Shown in pieces: positions 61,228 through 64,000 of a DNA stretch of 64,000 nt. The position numbers and the translations under genes were made by a program. Source of the DNA: Bilabrum cf. latius (taxonomy: Eukaryota). The DNA lies in contig OZ237773.1 of assembly GCA_965178125.1 (NCBI GenBank), positions 248,001 to 312,000 on the forward strand, given 5' to 3'. Under the pieces are notes generated by a model. It saw nothing but the letters and a program-made list of their open reading frames with translations, did no database searches and was not told the origin of the DNA. How positions within the stretch are numbered: the first letter of the stretch is position 1; every line of letters starts with the position of its first letter.

Positions 61228-64000
61228 TCAATCTTCCTCGTCATCCAGTTCAATCTCGTTCTCGTCCTCCGCCGCCTGCTTTCCGGACTGCGCTTTTTCG
61301 TTTCCATCTTCTGCGGCACCTGCTTCTTCTCTTCTGCTTCTCTTCACGTACCGAAGATCTTCCGCAGTAGCAGCATCCGCGTTCGACGTGGCGCTGGTGC
61401 CAACTGCTCCGGCCTACAAGGATTGTCCACCGTCGTGTGCATCGCTGCTCCCATCCGCTTCCGCGGGCACAGAACTGGCAGTGTCCCTGCCCCGCTTCTG
61501 TCCCAGAGCCGGCTCCGCTGGCGCCGCCCCGTCCCCTCCGTCCCCCTGCCCTTGCCCCTGCCCCTGCCCCATGGCCCTGACCTTCTCCCTGAGTTCCGGC
61601 TCCGAGTACCTCACCTGGGAGAACTGCGCGCCCATGGCCCTCCTCACGTGCTGCATCTCCGCGTACGTGTCGGGGTTCCCGTGCCTCCGCTCGAACTCGC
61701 GCCAAGAGTCCCAGTAGGTCCGGTGGGACGCCTCGCTGGGGTCGGCGAACTGAGCGCCGTGCCTCCACAGCGCCCTCGCGCGGTCGATCTCGCCCAGGGA
61801 AGCCTCCAGCACCGCGAACCGCATGGTGAGCGCGCGAGCATCCCCGTCCGGCAGGCCCTCGTCCGCCATCGCGATTTCCAAAACCGCACGCAACCTCGGT
61901 GCCCCGAACACCTCCTGGCCCCTCCGGACCCAGCGGTCGTACACCACGCGCTTGTCCCCGGTTGCAACCGCTCCCGCGGCCCTCTGGTACACCGCCATCT
62001 CCCTCCGGACCTGCCCGTGCCTCTTTTCCAGCTCGGCAAACACCAGCCACAGGGGCAGGGCGCTGGCGAGGCCTTGTTCCCCGCCCTCTCCCGCGGCAGC
62101 CACGGCCTCCTCGCAGATTTCCCTGGCCCTCTCCAGCTTGTCCAGGCGACCCCCAGGAGCACCCAGCACGTCGATCGAGGCACCAGCCGCTGCGGCCACG
62201 GCGGGCAACGACGACGAAGATGACGAAGATGATGATGAGGACGATGATGATGACGAAGCAGCACCGGTACCTGCCCCCCCGGCGCCCTTGGTGTGGCGCT
62301 TCACGAACGCCCCGATGTAAGCCAGCCACAGGTCCCTCTGGTGCGGCCAGCCGAACGCCGCCACCCCCCTCTCATACACACGGAAGGACTCCTCGAACTC
62401 GTTGTGCGCCTGCAGATACTCTGCGTGCTGCAGCACCATGGCCGCCGTGGCCACTCCCAGTCGAAGGCACAGCGCATGCGCCGCCTTGACCTCATCCACA
62501 GTGCCCAGGGACTCCTCCAGGTCGAGGAACAGCGCCCACACGCGGGGGTTCAGGTGCAGCCGGTCTCGCGCCGAGGTTTTGCCACCCCCGTGCAGTCGCC
62601 GGAGAACCGCCGCCGAAGGTTCCCTGACGGCCTCGGCGGCCACCGCCCGGGCCTCCTCCAGTCTCTCCTCCCTCACCTCCAGCTCTGCCAGGGAACAATG
62701 CACGGCGGCCAACTGGTCCACCCTCCTGAACGATACCTCAATGGCGCGCCGGAGCACCACCCTCGCCGATTCCGAGTCCCCGTTCCGCTCGTAGAGCCCT
62801 GCAAACGCGATCCACAGCTCTTCCAGCTTGCCAACCGCCTTGCCCGGGTCCACCGCCTGCGTGGCCTCCTGAAACGCAAGCACTGCCTGGTCCGGCCGTC
62901 CCTGCTTCTCGTACAGCTGTGCCCTGTCCAGCCACTCCTACACGCTCTGGGGGTTCTGCCTCAGCCGCACGGAGGACAGCAGCAGCGGCCGCCTGGCCAC
63001 GAGGACCTCGAGCCGCTCCATCCTGAGGGCGAGGTCCTCCTTCCCGGCCTCCAGCTGGGCCAGCTCTTTGCCCTCGATGTCGCTGGCCCCGCGGTCACCA
63101 GGCGAGTCCCCGCCCGCTGATGCCGATGAGGACGATGCAGACGCACCAGCTGCCTTGTTGGAGCTGTCCTATTCGTCCTCGTCCTCGTCCTCGTCCTCGT
63201 CGTCATCGGACACCTCTCCCGCAGCGAGCAGCAGGGTCTCCTCAAACCGCACGTAACTATCGTACACGGTCGCGAAATCCCTCACCGTCATGACGGCTTC
63301 GATCCCCTCCTCGTACACGTCTCTCGCCCGCTCGAACCTGCCCTGCCTCGAGTGCCAGTCCGCCAGCGCGCACCACAGCCGGCCCACCTCGTCCGAGAAC
63401 CTCCGGATGCCCGAGCGGAGCACCTGCTCCACATTCAGCGAGCGAACCTTCCCCGCGTGCTCCGACACGGTCGCGCACAGCCGCAGCCACAGCTCGTGGT
63501 GGGACCGCCCCCGCTTGCTGACGAAGGAGGGGTCGTCCACAGCGCGCGCCAGCACGAGGGCGCCCTCGTCCACGCGGCCAAACCGGAAGTAGTACTCGGC
63601 CAGCCGCTCGAGCTGCTTGGGGGCGAACTCGACGAACCTTCGCAGCAGCAGGGCACCCGACCTTGGGGGGACAGCCGGCTGCCGCCTCCAGTCGATGCCC
63701 AGGTGCCTGCGGACCGCCCGCTCGTCCCGTCTCAGTTGTTCCCTGGCCTCGGTGTCTTGCGCGGAGGCGCCCTTGGCTGCGGCGGAGGAGGACGATGAAG
63801 TTCCGCTGGATCGCGCGGCGCCGGTGCCGAGAAGTTCGCCGCGCTCGTCGACAGCACCCTCATCCTCGTCGTGGTCGTCATCGCCGCGCTCCGGTGGCAG
63901 CTCAAGGGACGGTACCTCGTAGGAACCGTCCTCCAGCATGCGAGGGGGGTCGGATGTTTCTACGAAGCGCACGACCGCTGGCCAGACGTGGTCGTGCTGG
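61228..64000 (-). CDS. SYF1: Pre-mRNA splicing factor SYF1/XAB2 (HAT repeats), 5'-truncated by the window; 3 in-frame TAG
   Basis: RSGIRRFSDEVGRLWCALAD...FERARDVYEEG...TVRDFATVYDSY, LRQNPQSV*EW, LFLDLEESLG, FEESFRVYERGV, KLERAREICEEA, LGEIDRARA, FERRHGNPDTYAEM and acidic tail ENEIELDDEED. TAG at 63169, 62938 and 61414; ends TGA (61228-61230) immediately followed by TAA. Confidence 0.93.

Noticed and set aside
1-64000. Region of mass pseudogenisation
   Set aside because: Interruptions are TAG only, with no frameshifts, catalytic motifs are intact, and an essential splicing factor is affected. The true pseudogene at 50700-51991 looks different (internal TGA plus a frameshift).
1-64000. Pyrrolysine insertion or programmed leaky readthrough at TAG
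   Set aside because: Intron-containing eukaryotic genes, no pyl genes in view, no shared downstream context, and dozens of TAGs per gene including adjacent ones, which leaky readthrough could not sustain.

Overview
Eukaryotic (protist-like), GC-rich nuclear DNA with GT-AG introns, three identical tRNA-Ala(CGC) genes and a 200-N scaffold gap. The main signal is a non-standard nuclear genetic code. Nearly every gene is cut by the ORF track into same-frame pieces separated only by TAG, and conserved domains (response-regulator receiver, GH32 catalytic motifs, SYF1, RCC1-like and ankyrin repeats) run straight through those TAGs. Real gene ends are TGA (11 cases) or TAA (1 case), and I found no in-frame TAA in any intact CDS. 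Motif, paralog and poly-Q evidence points to UAG = Gln with UAA/UGA kept as stops. Read this way the window holds: a >2,300-aa receiver-domain protein, a ChaC-like enzyme, an ankyrin + PINK1-like kinase, a secreted GH32, an SDS22-like LRR protein, a CUB-domain membrane protein, a ~6,400-aa multi-pass surface protein with an 18.4-kb terminal exon, a tandem array of ankyrin-like genes and pseudogenes sharing a C-terminal cassette, and SYF1/XAB2. A 5.5-kb apparently identical duplication flanking the gap is probably an assembly artefact. The 10-mer GTGACGAGTG is strongly over-represented in the first 29 kb. All translations and alignments were done by eye; no searches were run.
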